Shown piece by piece: positions 35,676 through 43,952 of a stretch of 64,000 nucleotides of DNA; the stretch's first letter is position 1, and every line of letters starts with the position of its first letter. Source of the stretch: Gammaproteobacteria bacterium (lineage in GTDB: Bacteria; Pseudomonadota; Gammaproteobacteria; Pseudomonadales; Azotimanducaceae); assembly GCA_003248125.1 (NCBI GenBank), contig QJXZ01000089.1, positions 3,995 through 67,994 on the forward strand, in the 5' to 3' direction. The translations under genes were made by a program, and so were the position numbers. Below the pieces are notes generated by a model, which searched no databases, was not told the origin of the DNA, and was given only the letters and a program-made list of their open reading frames with translations.

Positions 35676-37451
35676 TCAGTCGCCGATCGAGAACAGAGGC
35701 GTGCCAACCACCACCGCATCGCCTTCGCCGACGAGAATGGCTGCGATGTGGCCGGCCCGCGGCGCCACCACTTCCGTCTCCATTTTCATGGCCTCGAGCA
35801 GCAGCACCACCTGGCCCTGTGCGACCAAGTCGCCTTCTTTGGCAACGAGCTTGAAGACGTTTCCAGCCAGCCGCGCGGTGACAGATTTACCGTTCTGCAC
35901 AGATTTCGGCGCAGCGATTTCCGCCGAGTTCGGCTTGACGGATTTCACCGCACCGGCGGCTTCGATCTCGACCGTGTACGAGCGACCGTTGACCGATACC
36001 CTATAAGTGCTGGCATCGGCGCGCGGCGGTGCCTGCGTCGACTGTTGCGCTCTTTCGTCAGCGGAAGGCGCACGCTCAAACGCAGAGGCATCGCCGCGGT
36101 TGGCGAGGAACTTGAGTGCCACCTGCGGGAATAGCGCATAGGTCAACAAGTCGTCGATGCGATGTTCGCCGAGACGCAGTTGCTTCGAACTCGCCAATCC
36201 GTCGAACTCGGCCGTGATGTGAGTCAGCTCGGGTTCGATCTCATCGGCGGGCCGGCACGTGACCGGCTGATCGCCGGCCAACGCACGCGCGACCAGTTCC
36301 GGCTTCATGGCGGCGGGCGTGGCTCCGTACTCACCGCGCAGCAACGCGTTAGTCTCCTTGGCGAGCGATTTGTATCGCTCACCAAGCAGCACATTGAGAA
36401 CGGCTTGCGCGCCAACGATCTGCGAGGTGGGGGTGACCAGCGGAATGAACCCCAGGTCCTCGCGTACCCTCGGAATTTCCGCCAACACCTCGTCGTAGCG
36501 GTCGGACGCGCCCTGCTCGCGCAGCTGATTCTCGAGATTCGTGAGCATGCCGCCCGGCACTTGCGAGACCAGAATGCGCGAGTCGATGCCCTTCAGCGAT
36601 CCTTCGAAGCGCGCGTATTTTGCCCGCACCGTGCGAAAGTAGGCCGCAATCTCTTGCAGTAGGCCCAAGTCGAGACCCGTATCGCGGTCAGTGCCTTGCA
36701 GGATCGCGACGAGCGATTCCGTTGGCGAATGGCCATACGTCATGCTCATGGAGCTGATCGATGTGTCGACGTTGTCGATGCCGGCTTCGATTGCCTTTAG
36801 GCACGTCGCGGTAGACATGCCGGTGGTTGCATGGCTTTGCATGTGAATCGGAATGTCGAGCGCTTCCTTCAGCCGCGACACCAGTTCGAACGCTACGTAG
36901 GGCCGCAAAAGACCCGCCATGTCTTTGATGCACAAAGATTGCGCACCCATGTCGCGAATGCGGCGTCCCAGATCCACCCACAGCTCCACCGTATGCACCG
37001 GGCTCACCGTGTAGGCGATTGTCCCTTGTGCGTGCCGCTCGTTCGCTCGGACAGCGCGAATGGCGGTCTCCAAATTGCGCACGTCGTTCAAGGCGTCGAA
37101 CACGCGAAACACATCGACGCCGTTGACCGCAGCACGCTCGACGAACTTCTCGACCACGTCGTCGGCGTAGTGCCGATAACCGAGCAGATTTTGCCCGCGC
37201 AGCAGCATTTGCTGAGGCGTGTTCGGCATCGCCGCCTTCAGCTTGCGTATGCGTTCCCAGGGGTCTTCACCCAAATAACGTATGCACGCGTCGAACGTCG
37301 CACCGCCCCACGACTCGAGCGACCAGAATCCCACTCGATCGAGCTTGGCTGCAATCGGCAGCATGTCGTCGATGCGCATGCGCGTGGCCAACAGGCTCTG
37401 ATGCGCATCGCGCAATACGACGTCGGTCAAGCCGACCGGATTCTTGTTCAT
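35676..37451 (-). CDS. oadA: oxaloacetate decarboxylase subunit alpha (carboxyltransferase + biotinyl domain)
   Basis: 591 aa. [19 protein letters not shown] and [11 protein letters not shown] (HMGL-like carboxyltransferase). C-terminal biotinylation motif [12 protein letters not shown]. Confidence 0.93.
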   Translation of the reverse strand: MNKNPVGLTDVVLRDAHQSLLATRMRIDDMLPIAAKLDRVGFWSLESWGGATFDACIRYLGEDPWERIRKLKAAMPNTPQQMLLRGQNLLGYRHYADDVVEKFVERAAVNGVDVFRVFDALNDVRNLETAIRAVRANERHAQGTIAYTVSPVHTVELWVDLGRRIRDMGAQSLCIKDMAGLLRPYVAFELVSRLKEALDIPIHMQSHATTGMSTATCLKAIEAGIDNVDTSISSMSMTYGHSPTESLVAILQGTDRDTGLDLGLLQEIAAYFRTVRAKYARFEGSLKGIDSRILVSQVPGGMLTNLENQLREQGASDRYDEVLAEIPRVREDLGFIPLVTPTSQIVGAQAVLNVLLGERYKSLAKETNALLRGEYGATPAAMKPELVARALAGDQPVTCRPADEIEPELTHITAEFDGLASSKQLRLGEHRIDDLLTYALFPQVALKFLANRGDASAFERAPSADERAQQSTQAPPRADASTYRVSVNGRSYTVEIEAAGAVKSVKPNSAEIAAPKSVQNGKSVTARLAGNVFKLVAKEGDLVAQGQVVLLLEAMKMETEVVAPRAGHIAAILVGEGDAVVVGTPLFSIGD

Positions 37452-37473
37452 GGCGTGGTTCCCTGCCGAGCAG

Positions 37474-37677
37474 TCAGCGTTGACGCGCGCGGTGTACCGC
37501 TACCGCAGCGGCAACGGCTTCCTCGATCTCTTCGGGTGCGGACGGTTCACCACCACGGCTATCGTCGTCCGCAACGATGCGACTCAGCGCTGACGTAGCG
37601 ATCACGAGGAGGCCGAGAAAGACGAACACGGTGCCCATACCGAGGGCCATCAGTTCGAGTCCTGCCGTCATGATCAA
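37474..37677 (-). CDS. oadG: oxaloacetate decarboxylase gamma chain (OadG family)
   Basis: 67 aa. N-terminal [23 protein letters not shown] with a charged tail. Positioned directly upstream of oadA. Confidence 0.75.
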   Translation of the reverse strand: MIMTAGLELMALGMGTVFVFLGLLVIATSALSRIVADDDSRGGEPSAPEEIEEAVAAAVAVHRARQR

Positions 37678-37714
37678 CCGTACTTGCTATGCATGACCGA
37701 TTGTACCCGATGCA

Positions 37715-37867
37715 TCAGAACGCGCGGCCCGCAAGCGGTCCGAGCACGATCCAATCGACGGCGGCGGAGATCACTGCGAGTACCACCACGGCGCTCATAA
37801 TGATGCCGAGCAGGCGCCAGCCGCGGAATGCGCGCTCGGATTCGTCGTTGTGTACCGGGTCTTCCAT
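37715..37867 (-). CDS. possible small membrane protein (50 aa)
   Basis: Inner ATG of ORF 37715..37951. MEDPVHNDESERAFRGWRLLGIIMSAVVVLAVISAAVDWIVLGPLAGRAF contains one TM. The longer ORF would run to within 10 nt of the tRNA. Confidence 0.35.
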   Translation of the reverse strand: MEDPVHNDESERAFRGWRLLGIIMSAVVVLAVISAAVDWIVLGPLAGRAF

Positions 37868-37961
37868 GCCGCGATTGTCGCGGGCCGACCTATCGCTCGC
37901 AACCCACTGTTCGGTTTCTTGACGGCCCCATACCCCCTCTCGATAATGCACGCCCGTTTAC

Positions 37962-38038
37962 GCGTCCGTAGCTCAGTTGGATAGAGCACCAGGCTACGAA
38001 CTTGGGGGTCGGGAGTTCGAATCTCTCCGGACGCGCCA
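37962..38038 (+). tRNA. tRNA-Arg (anticodon ACG)
   Basis: Hand-folded. Acceptor GCGTCCG/CGGACGC, D arm GCTC-AGTTGGATA-GAGC, anticodon loop CTACGAA, T arm GGGAG-TTCGAAT-CTCTC, encoded CCA. 77 nt. Confidence 0.92.
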
Positions 38039-38041
38039 GAG

Positions 38042-38075
38042 ATGAAACAGGGGCCCGAATGGGCCCCTGTTTCAT
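38042..38075 (+). terminator. perfect 15-bp stem hairpin after tRNA-Arg(ACG)
   Basis: atgaaacaggggccc-gaat-gggcccctgtttcat, followed by ttctg. The T-tract is weak, so intrinsic termination is likely but not certain. Confidence 0.6.
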
Positions 38076-38203
38076 TTCTGCCACGTCCGGAGCGTATGAG
38101 AACCGGGAATTCGACAAAGGTGCAGGACTGCAATTTTGGGCGCTACGCGCAGCGCAACGGTCGAGGCGACAGCCGAGACCGAGCGCGATCGATGGCGCGA
38201 GTC

Positions 38204-38216
38204 AATCTCTCCGGAC
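38204..38216 (+). repeat. 13-bp direct repeat of the tRNA-Arg(ACG) 3' end (AATCTCTCCGGAC; first copy at 38020..38032)
   Basis: Exact match read from the sequence, 184 bp downstream of the copy inside the tRNA. Confidence 0.5.
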
Positions 38217-38300
38217 CCGTCCTCACCCCAACCTAACGCCGTCACGGACTTTTGTGGACAATCAGCCCCAACAACCTCCGAACTCGGCTAGACATCGAAC

Positions 38301-39863
38301 ATGACAACACGCCGCCCCAACTTCCTCTTCCTGATCACCGATCAACACCGCGCCGACCACGTCGGATTCGGCGGCAACGCCGTCATCCAGACGCCACATC
38401 TCGACCGACTCGCCGCGCGTGGCACCGTGTTCGAGCGCGCCTTCGTGGCCAATCCCATCTGCATGCCGAATCGCGCCACGATGATGACCGGCCGCATGCC
38501 CAGCTCACACCGCACGCGCTTCAACGGTGTGTCGCTCGATTGGCGCGCGAACACGTTTGTGCGGCGTCTGCGTCAGGCCGGCTATCGCACAACGCACATC
38601 GGTAAGTCTCACCTGCAAACCATGTGCATCAGCCGCGAGCGAATACTGGAGCTCGTCGACTTCACGCTTGCGGAGGAAGCGCTCCTGCCCGCGGCCGAAG
38701 ACGGCTGGGACGAACTCGAAGATTACCGCCGCTATCGCGACGGCGATGTGCCGAGCATCGACGATTTCTACGGCTTCGAACGCGCATCATTTGCCGTGCT
38801 GCACGGCGATCAGGTGAGTGGCCACTACAACGTCTGGCTCGAGCAGCGCGGAGTCGATTGGCGCAAAATCCAAGGACCACACAACGCACTCGACCGCTAC
38901 CACGGCTGGATTCAAATCTATCAGACGGCGGTGCCAACGGAACTCTATCCAAGCACCTACATTGGCGACGCGACGATTGCCGAAATCGAAGCAGCAAAGG
39001 CCGACGGCAGACCGTTCTTCATCCATGCCTCGTGGCCCGATCCCCATCATCCGTTCACGCCGCCGGGTGAGTACTGGCGCATGTACGACCCTGCGTCGAT
39101 GCCACTGCCGTCCTCGTTCACCGATCCGCATCATGATTCGATGCCGCACTACAAGGCCATGATTGCCCAGCGGGGAGTGCAAACGTTCAGCAGTGTCGAT
39201 GGATGGGCGCCGACGGCGGCTCAGCTTCGACATGCAATGGCTGCCGAGTACGGCAACATAAGCCTCATCGACGACAACGTCGGCCGTATCCTGCAAGCGC
39301 TCGAATGCAACGGATTGGCGGACGACACCATCGTCATCTTCACCTCCGATCACGGCGACATGTTCGGCGATCACGGCGTGATGCTGAAGTTCGCCATGCA
39401 CTACCAAGGCTGTCTCAAGGTGCCGCTGGTCATCGCGCGCCCTGGGCAACCAAGCAAACGCACACGCGCACTCGCCGGCTCCATCGATCTCGCGCAAACT
39501 ATTCTCGAGCTGGCCGGAATCGACGGCTTTCACGGCATGCAGGGATGTAGCCTAGTGCCGATCCTCGACGATAGTACCGCGACCGTTCGCGACGCCGTCT
39601 ACATCGAAGAGGATGAGAAAGTCGACCTGACCTTCGCTGGTGTGCCGACGCGAATGCGCACACTGGTCACCAATGAAGGACGCCTGACCCTGTACAAGGG
39701 GCACACGCACGGCGAATTGTTCGCAGCCGACGACACCGACGAGATGCGCAATATCTTCTCCAAAGCTGAAGGCTGCACATTGCGAGAACGCATGACCGAA
39801 CAGCTGGTACATGCAATGATGACGCATAGCGACGAAACGCCCAGACCGCGCTACAACGCGTAA
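38301..39863 (+). CDS. Cys-type sulfatase (arylsulfatase family), no signal peptide
   Basis: 520 aa. NFLFLITDQHRAD and the sulfatase signature PICMPNRATMMTGR (C-x-P-x-R), plus FTSDHGD. Confidence 0.9.
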   Translation: MTTRRPNFLFLITDQHRADHVGFGGNAVIQTPHLDRLAARGTVFERAFVANPICMPNRATMMTGRMPSSHRTRFNGVSLDWRANTFVRRLRQAGYRTTHIGKSHLQTMCISRERILELVDFTLAEEALLPAAEDGWDELEDYRRYRDGDVPSIDDFYGFERASFAVLHGDQVSGHYNVWLEQRGVDWRKIQGPHNALDRYHGWIQIYQTAVPTELYPSTYIGDATIAEIEAAKADGRPFFIHASWPDPHHPFTPPGEYWRMYDPASMPLPSSFTDPHHDSMPHYKAMIAQRGVQTFSSVDGWAPTAAQLRHAMAAEYGNISLIDDNVGRILQALECNGLADDTIVIFTSDHGDMFGDHGVMLKFAMHYQGCLKVPLVIARPGQPSKRTRALAGSIDLAQTILELAGIDGFHGMQGCSLVPILDDSTATVRDAVYIEEDEKVDLTFAGVPTRMRTLVTNEGRLTLYKGHTHGELFAADDTDEMRNIFSKAEGCTLRERMTEQLVHAMMTHSDETPRPRYNA

Positions 39864-39904
39864 GCACCCGCCACTACCAACATGCAAGGGGCACCGCGGC
39901 GCGG

Positions 39905-40936
39905 CTAGCTAGTCTCCAGCTCGAATCCGGCTTCGCGCCACGCCGTCGCACCGCCATCTAGGGCGACGGCGCGGTCGAATCCCATGTCCTTGAGCGTTGC
40001 CGCCGCGAGTGTCGAGACCAGCCCCAACTCGCAATACACCACGATGCGCTGCCTCGGGTCGGGCAACATCGTGTTGACGCGCAGCTCGAGCTGGCCACGA
40101 GGTAAGTGCACGGCGCCCGGTAGGTGGCCCGTATCGAATGCCTCCTTCTCCCGAACATCGAGCAATAGCAAGTCGTTGTCGCGCGTCTGCACACGCCGGC
40201 GCACTTCAGCCATGGACATGAAAGGAACCTTTTCGGTCGCTTCTGCCAACAATTGGCTGACGGTCTTGCCGCCGCTCCGGTTGGTGCGCAGTGCTTCGGT
40301 GAGATGCTTCGGCGCGTCCAGGTCGAGCGTACGCATCAGCTCGACGAATGCGGCTCGCTCCTTCTTCTGCAAGCGTGGATTGCTCTCGACCTCGGTGCCA
40401 AGTCGTGAAGTGGTACGGCCTTGGTAGTCATGGGCCGGACACACCTCGAGATCGGCATCCAGCTTCAACAGCTTGCCGAACAACGAGTCGTAGAGGGCAT
40501 CGGCGTTGCCGGTCGGCAAATCCGTGCGGCCAGTGCCCCCGATCAGCAGCGTATCCCCCGTGAACAGGCGTCCATCCACCTTCAGCGTCATCGAATCGAT
40601 CGTATGGCCCGGCGTGTGCAGCACTTCGATGCGCAGCGTGCCCAGCGCGATCATCTCGCCGTCATCGACGTGCATAGTGACGAACGGTGCAGGGCTCTCG
40701 CGGTGCATGACGATCGGCAAGCCCAGCTTGCGCGATAACGCCAGGCTTCCCGAGAAGTGATCGGCATGCGTGTGCGTGTCGATCGCGTAGTGGAATTGCA
40801 GACCGTGATGGTTGGCAAAGGCGAGATATTTGTCGATCAGGCTCGATTCGGGGTCGATGATGGCTGCCGCACAAGATTCTTCGCAACCGACTATGTAGGA
40901 CAGACAGCCACCAGTCCGGACCTGCTCGAAAATCAT
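39905..40936 (-). CDS. MBL-fold persulfide dioxygenase-like protein fused to a rhodanese domain
   Basis: 343 aa. AIDTHTHADHFSG (HxHxDH), HTPGHT, and a C-terminal rhodanese with VVYCELGLVS active-site loop context. Confidence 0.85.
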   Translation of the reverse strand: MIFEQVRTGGCLSYIVGCEESCAAAIIDPESSLIDKYLAFANHHGLQFHYAIDTHTHADHFSGSLALSRKLGLPIVMHRESPAPFVTMHVDDGEMIALGTLRIEVLHTPGHTIDSMTLKVDGRLFTGDTLLIGGTGRTDLPTGNADALYDSLFGKLLKLDADLEVCPAHDYQGRTTSRLGTEVESNPRLQKKERAAFVELMRTLDLDAPKHLTEALRTNRSGGKTVSQLLAEATEKVPFMSMAEVRRRVQTRDNDLLLLDVREKEAFDTGHLPGAVHLPRGQLELRVNTMLPDPRQRIVVYCELGLVSTLAAATLKDMGFDRAVALDGGATAWREAGFELETS

Positions 40937-41122
40937 GTTGGTGAGTTACTCCCCGTCCGCATCGAGCGGAAGCATGACTCGCTGTCGTGATTCTGCACGC
41001 GCCGCGTCGATGAATCGAGCATTGAACGGTCTCGCATACCAGCCGCTCGCTCTTGCAGACGACGCCGGACTGGACGAATCGAAGATGGTGGTCGAGTATG
41101 AAGGCCGGAAGGGAGGCGGCCT

Positions 41123-43951
41123 ATGGCCCAGCGCTCCATGCGCCAGTCTCGCACGCGCGCCATCGTTGCGGTCGCGGTGCTGTGGTCCGGCGCATCGATC
41201 GCCTCGGCGGCCGATCAGTGTGCGGACTGCACGCGCCTCGAAGCCGAGCTCGCAGCGGCGAAGGCGGCACAGGGTGCACTCGAGCAGACGATCGAACGAA
41301 CGACCAACGAACTCGCCGAGAACGACGCCCGGCAAGCCGAGCTCGACCGCCGTCGCAGCGAGATCTCAACCGAAATCGAGGGTCAGCGAGAGACCTTCGT
41401 GTCCACGGACGCCGATGGCGCGACGGTGCGTAGCGAATACGACCTCGCCACCGGCGAGCGGGTCACCACGCGCACACCGCCCAACGGCCAGCCCACCGAA
41501 ATAGGTCGTGAGCCAAGCAATTGGCTGCAACGATTGCTGGCCGAGCGTGCGCAGATCGATCGCCTGGACGCCGACCTCGAAGCTGCAGCCGCCGCGCTGA
41601 ACGCGGAGAAGTCCAACTCGGAAACGGCGCTACCAGCGGCTCGGCAACGCGTCGTGGATCTCGCCGCCGAGCTCGATGCATGTCGCACGCGCTGCGGTCA
41701 ATCCGGTCGGCCATCGTCGACCACACTCGATCTGCTGGTCGATCGCGCGTATGTCATGGAGTTTCGTATTCCGAGCGGCGGCAACGTCGAAGCGGCGACA
41801 GCGGGCCTCGTGGGTGCAGTGGTGTTTCCGATCCCAGCGGGCGCCGGCGGCGGCTTTCAGGTGGCTGTGCCAGTGCCAGCCGATGCCGCGGCGGCTGCCG
41901 CGCTGAGGGCACAGTTGGAAGCACTTGCCGCGCAAGGTCTCATCACCGACCTACAGACCACACCGTGCCGCAAGTTTCTGCCCGAGGCGACCAGCAGCGG
42001 CACCACGAGTGGGGTGCAACGCACCCAACGCAACGTGCAGATCATCAAAGGAACTGCGCGCACCAGCACCGGCGCCGAACTGGGGCAGGCCGTCGTCATT
42101 CTGATTCCACCGCCGACCAGTGAAGCAGATGACGAAGATGAAGACGAAGACGACGACGGCACACGGTGGATACCCGGTGTCGACGACCAACCACCGGCAC
42201 TCGGCGTGCCCGACCCCGACGGCAATTTCGTCATCATCGTCCCCGACGGATACCGTGGTCCGTTCACGGTCATGCTCGCACCCATCTGCAACTGTGCGAC
42301 CACCACTAAGACGCACGACCAGCCGCCTGAAGTCGTGCCGGTCGACAACGAGACGACAACGACCGAATCGCCAGAGTCGCCGGCCACTACGCCACCGCCC
42401 GAGGAAGAGCAGCCGGAGACTTGCTACTGCGGCCCGGACATCACCTCGGCCATCGCCGAGGCCATCAATCGCGCGCAATCGCGCATCGATCAGCTGCCAA
42501 GCAACGAGGTGGGATTCGTCGACGGCTTCCAATTCCTGTACCGCAATGCCGATGCCTTCGATGCGCCGGTGGCACCGGTCATCGATCCGACCATCGATCC
42601 GGCATCGGTGGCCGCCCGTGGCAACTGGCTCTGTCCGTCTGGCGTGTGCGCGCGTATGGGTCAAGTACCTTTCATGTTCGCGGGCTATTGCTTGCCGAAA
42701 CACATGTCCAATGAAATCCTCGCCGCCTTCGTAGCCTCCGGCGTCGGTGTCCCACTGCAGGTGTTCTCGGCCGGTGCCAACGTTAAGCAAGTGCTGAATT
42801 ACGGATCGATTGAAGGTGACGCGCCCTTCATCGCCTACATGATCGGTTATCGGCTGCAGTCGGAGCTCGAGGACGTCGGCTCGCTCACGCCAGCGCAGGT
42901 GGAGAAGGTCACCAAGGACGTGCTCGAAACCAGCTTGTTCGGCTACTTCCAGAACTACGCTGCAATTGTCGACGAATATCCGACACTCGAGCAGTGCATG
43001 GATTGTCCGTACGACGTACAAGGCCGCTTCACCAAGGACTTCACCACCAAGCCATGGCGGCTCGCGGACGGCACGCGCGTTGGCGAAGAATCGGTGGACG
43101 AACCGATGTCGGAAATGCCGGTGACCGATCCGGTCAAGCCGCCACTGAAGCCAGGTATGACGCCGCAGTCGTGTGAGACCGGCTCGCAAACGACCGCGCC
43201 GAGTCCAGCCCCAGCAGATGCAAGCGACTCGGATAGCCCATCGGCCGGCGACCGTAGCGAAGACGGGACACCGACCGGCACAACGAGCACCCCGGATCCC
43301 GCCGACCAGGATTGGGGTGGCAAGCAGAATGGCGAAGTCGTCGACTGCTGCACGTTGCTGAAGAACGTGCTCGCCGAAATCGAAGCGACGCCGTTCGGTC
43401 AATCGGCCCGCGGCAAGGGCATCATCGACACGGTGAAGACCTATCTCTGCAGCGACATCACGTTCGCAATGACCAGAGACGGGCGTGTCTTGGCGAACGG
43501 ACCACCGCTGCCCGCCACCGACGATGCAACGGGTGACGGCGATCTGGTGTACCCGGGCGATGCGCGCTACGAACGGTCCATGCGCATGGGTATACCCGGC
43601 GCTGGCGGATTCCACTCGAATGAAATCTACATTGGCCTCGATCAGTCATCGCGTGGCATCGCGCGGGCGTCGATGAACCCGAGCGACTACTACATCTGCG
43701 ATCACGACGGCGAGCTCGCCGTCATCGAGAAGCGCGATCTGGTCCACAATCTGATTCATGAGGGACTGCACGCGACATTGGCCGGGAAATACAACGTGAG
43801 TGGTCGTGCTTCAATCGAAGAGGAGCTAGATGCATTCAACGCCGGCAACGAAGCGAATGCAGCAATGGGACTTCCGCCCTCCACGGATCGGCCCGGCAGT
43901 GGCTACGGCGCGGCATCCAACCCCAGCTATCCCAATTACACGGGTCAGTGA
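41123..43951 (+). CDS. large secreted multidomain protein (coiled coil, acidic tract, Cys-rich middle, C-terminal HExxH)
   Basis: 942 aa. Signal peptide ...AVAVLWSGASIASA/AD. About 170 aa of Ala/Glu/Arg coiled-coil-like sequence. EADDEDEDEDDDG run. C-terminal DLVHNLIHEGLHATL (HExxH). No family recognised. Confidence 0.75.
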   Translation: MAQRSMRQSRTRAIVAVAVLWSGASIASAADQCADCTRLEAELAAAKAAQGALEQTIERTTNELAENDARQAELDRRRSEISTEIEGQRETFVSTDADGATVRSEYDLATGERVTTRTPPNGQPTEIGREPSNWLQRLLAERAQIDRLDADLEAAAAALNAEKSNSETALPAARQRVVDLAAELDACRTRCGQSGRPSSTTLDLLVDRAYVMEFRIPSGGNVEAATAGLVGAVVFPIPAGAGGGFQVAVPVPADAAAAAALRAQLEALAAQGLITDLQTTPCRKFLPEATSSGTTSGVQRTQRNVQIIKGTARTSTGAELGQAVVILIPPPTSEADDEDEDEDDDGTRWIPGVDDQPPALGVPDPDGNFVIIVPDGYRGPFTVMLAPICNCATTTKTHDQPPEVVPVDNETTTTESPESPATTPPPEEEQPETCYCGPDITSAIAEAINRAQSRIDQLPSNEVGFVDGFQFLYRNADAFDAPVAPVIDPTIDPASVAARGNWLCPSGVCARMGQVPFMFAGYCLPKHMSNEILAAFVASGVGVPLQVFSAGANVKQVLNYGSIEGDAPFIAYMIGYRLQSELEDVGSLTPAQVEKVTKDVLETSLFGYFQNYAAIVDEYPTLEQCMDCPYDVQGRFTKDFTTKPWRLADGTRVGEESVDEPMSEMPVTDPVKPPLKPGMTPQSCETGSQTTAPSPAPADASDSDSPSAGDRSEDGTPTGTTSTPDPADQDWGGKQNGEVVDCCTLLKNVLAEIEATPFGQSARGKGIIDTVKTYLCSDITFAMTRDGRVLANGPPLPATDDATGDGDLVYPGDARYERSMRMGIPGAGGFHSNEIYIGLDQSSRGIARASMNPSDYYICDHDGELAVIEKRDLVHNLIHEGLHATLAGKYNVSGRASIEEELDAFNAGNEANAAMGLPPSTDRPGSGYGAASNPSYPNYTGQ

Positions 43952-43952
43952 C

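Noticed and set aside
31751-38038. Genomic island bounded by the two tRNA-Arg genes.
   Set aside because: No integrase, transposase or phage genes lie between them. I noticed no direct repeat of the tRNA-Arg(CCT) 3' end. The content (yeiH, hemerythrin, SPOR, oadGAB) looks like core metabolism with the same composition as the flanks.
37795-38304. ORFs overlapping the tRNA-Arg(ACG) gene and its terminator (37795..38133 -, 37890..38117 -, 38002..38304 +, 38042..38236 +).
   Set aside because: They run through a well-folded tRNA and a 15-bp hairpin, and they have no coding signatures.
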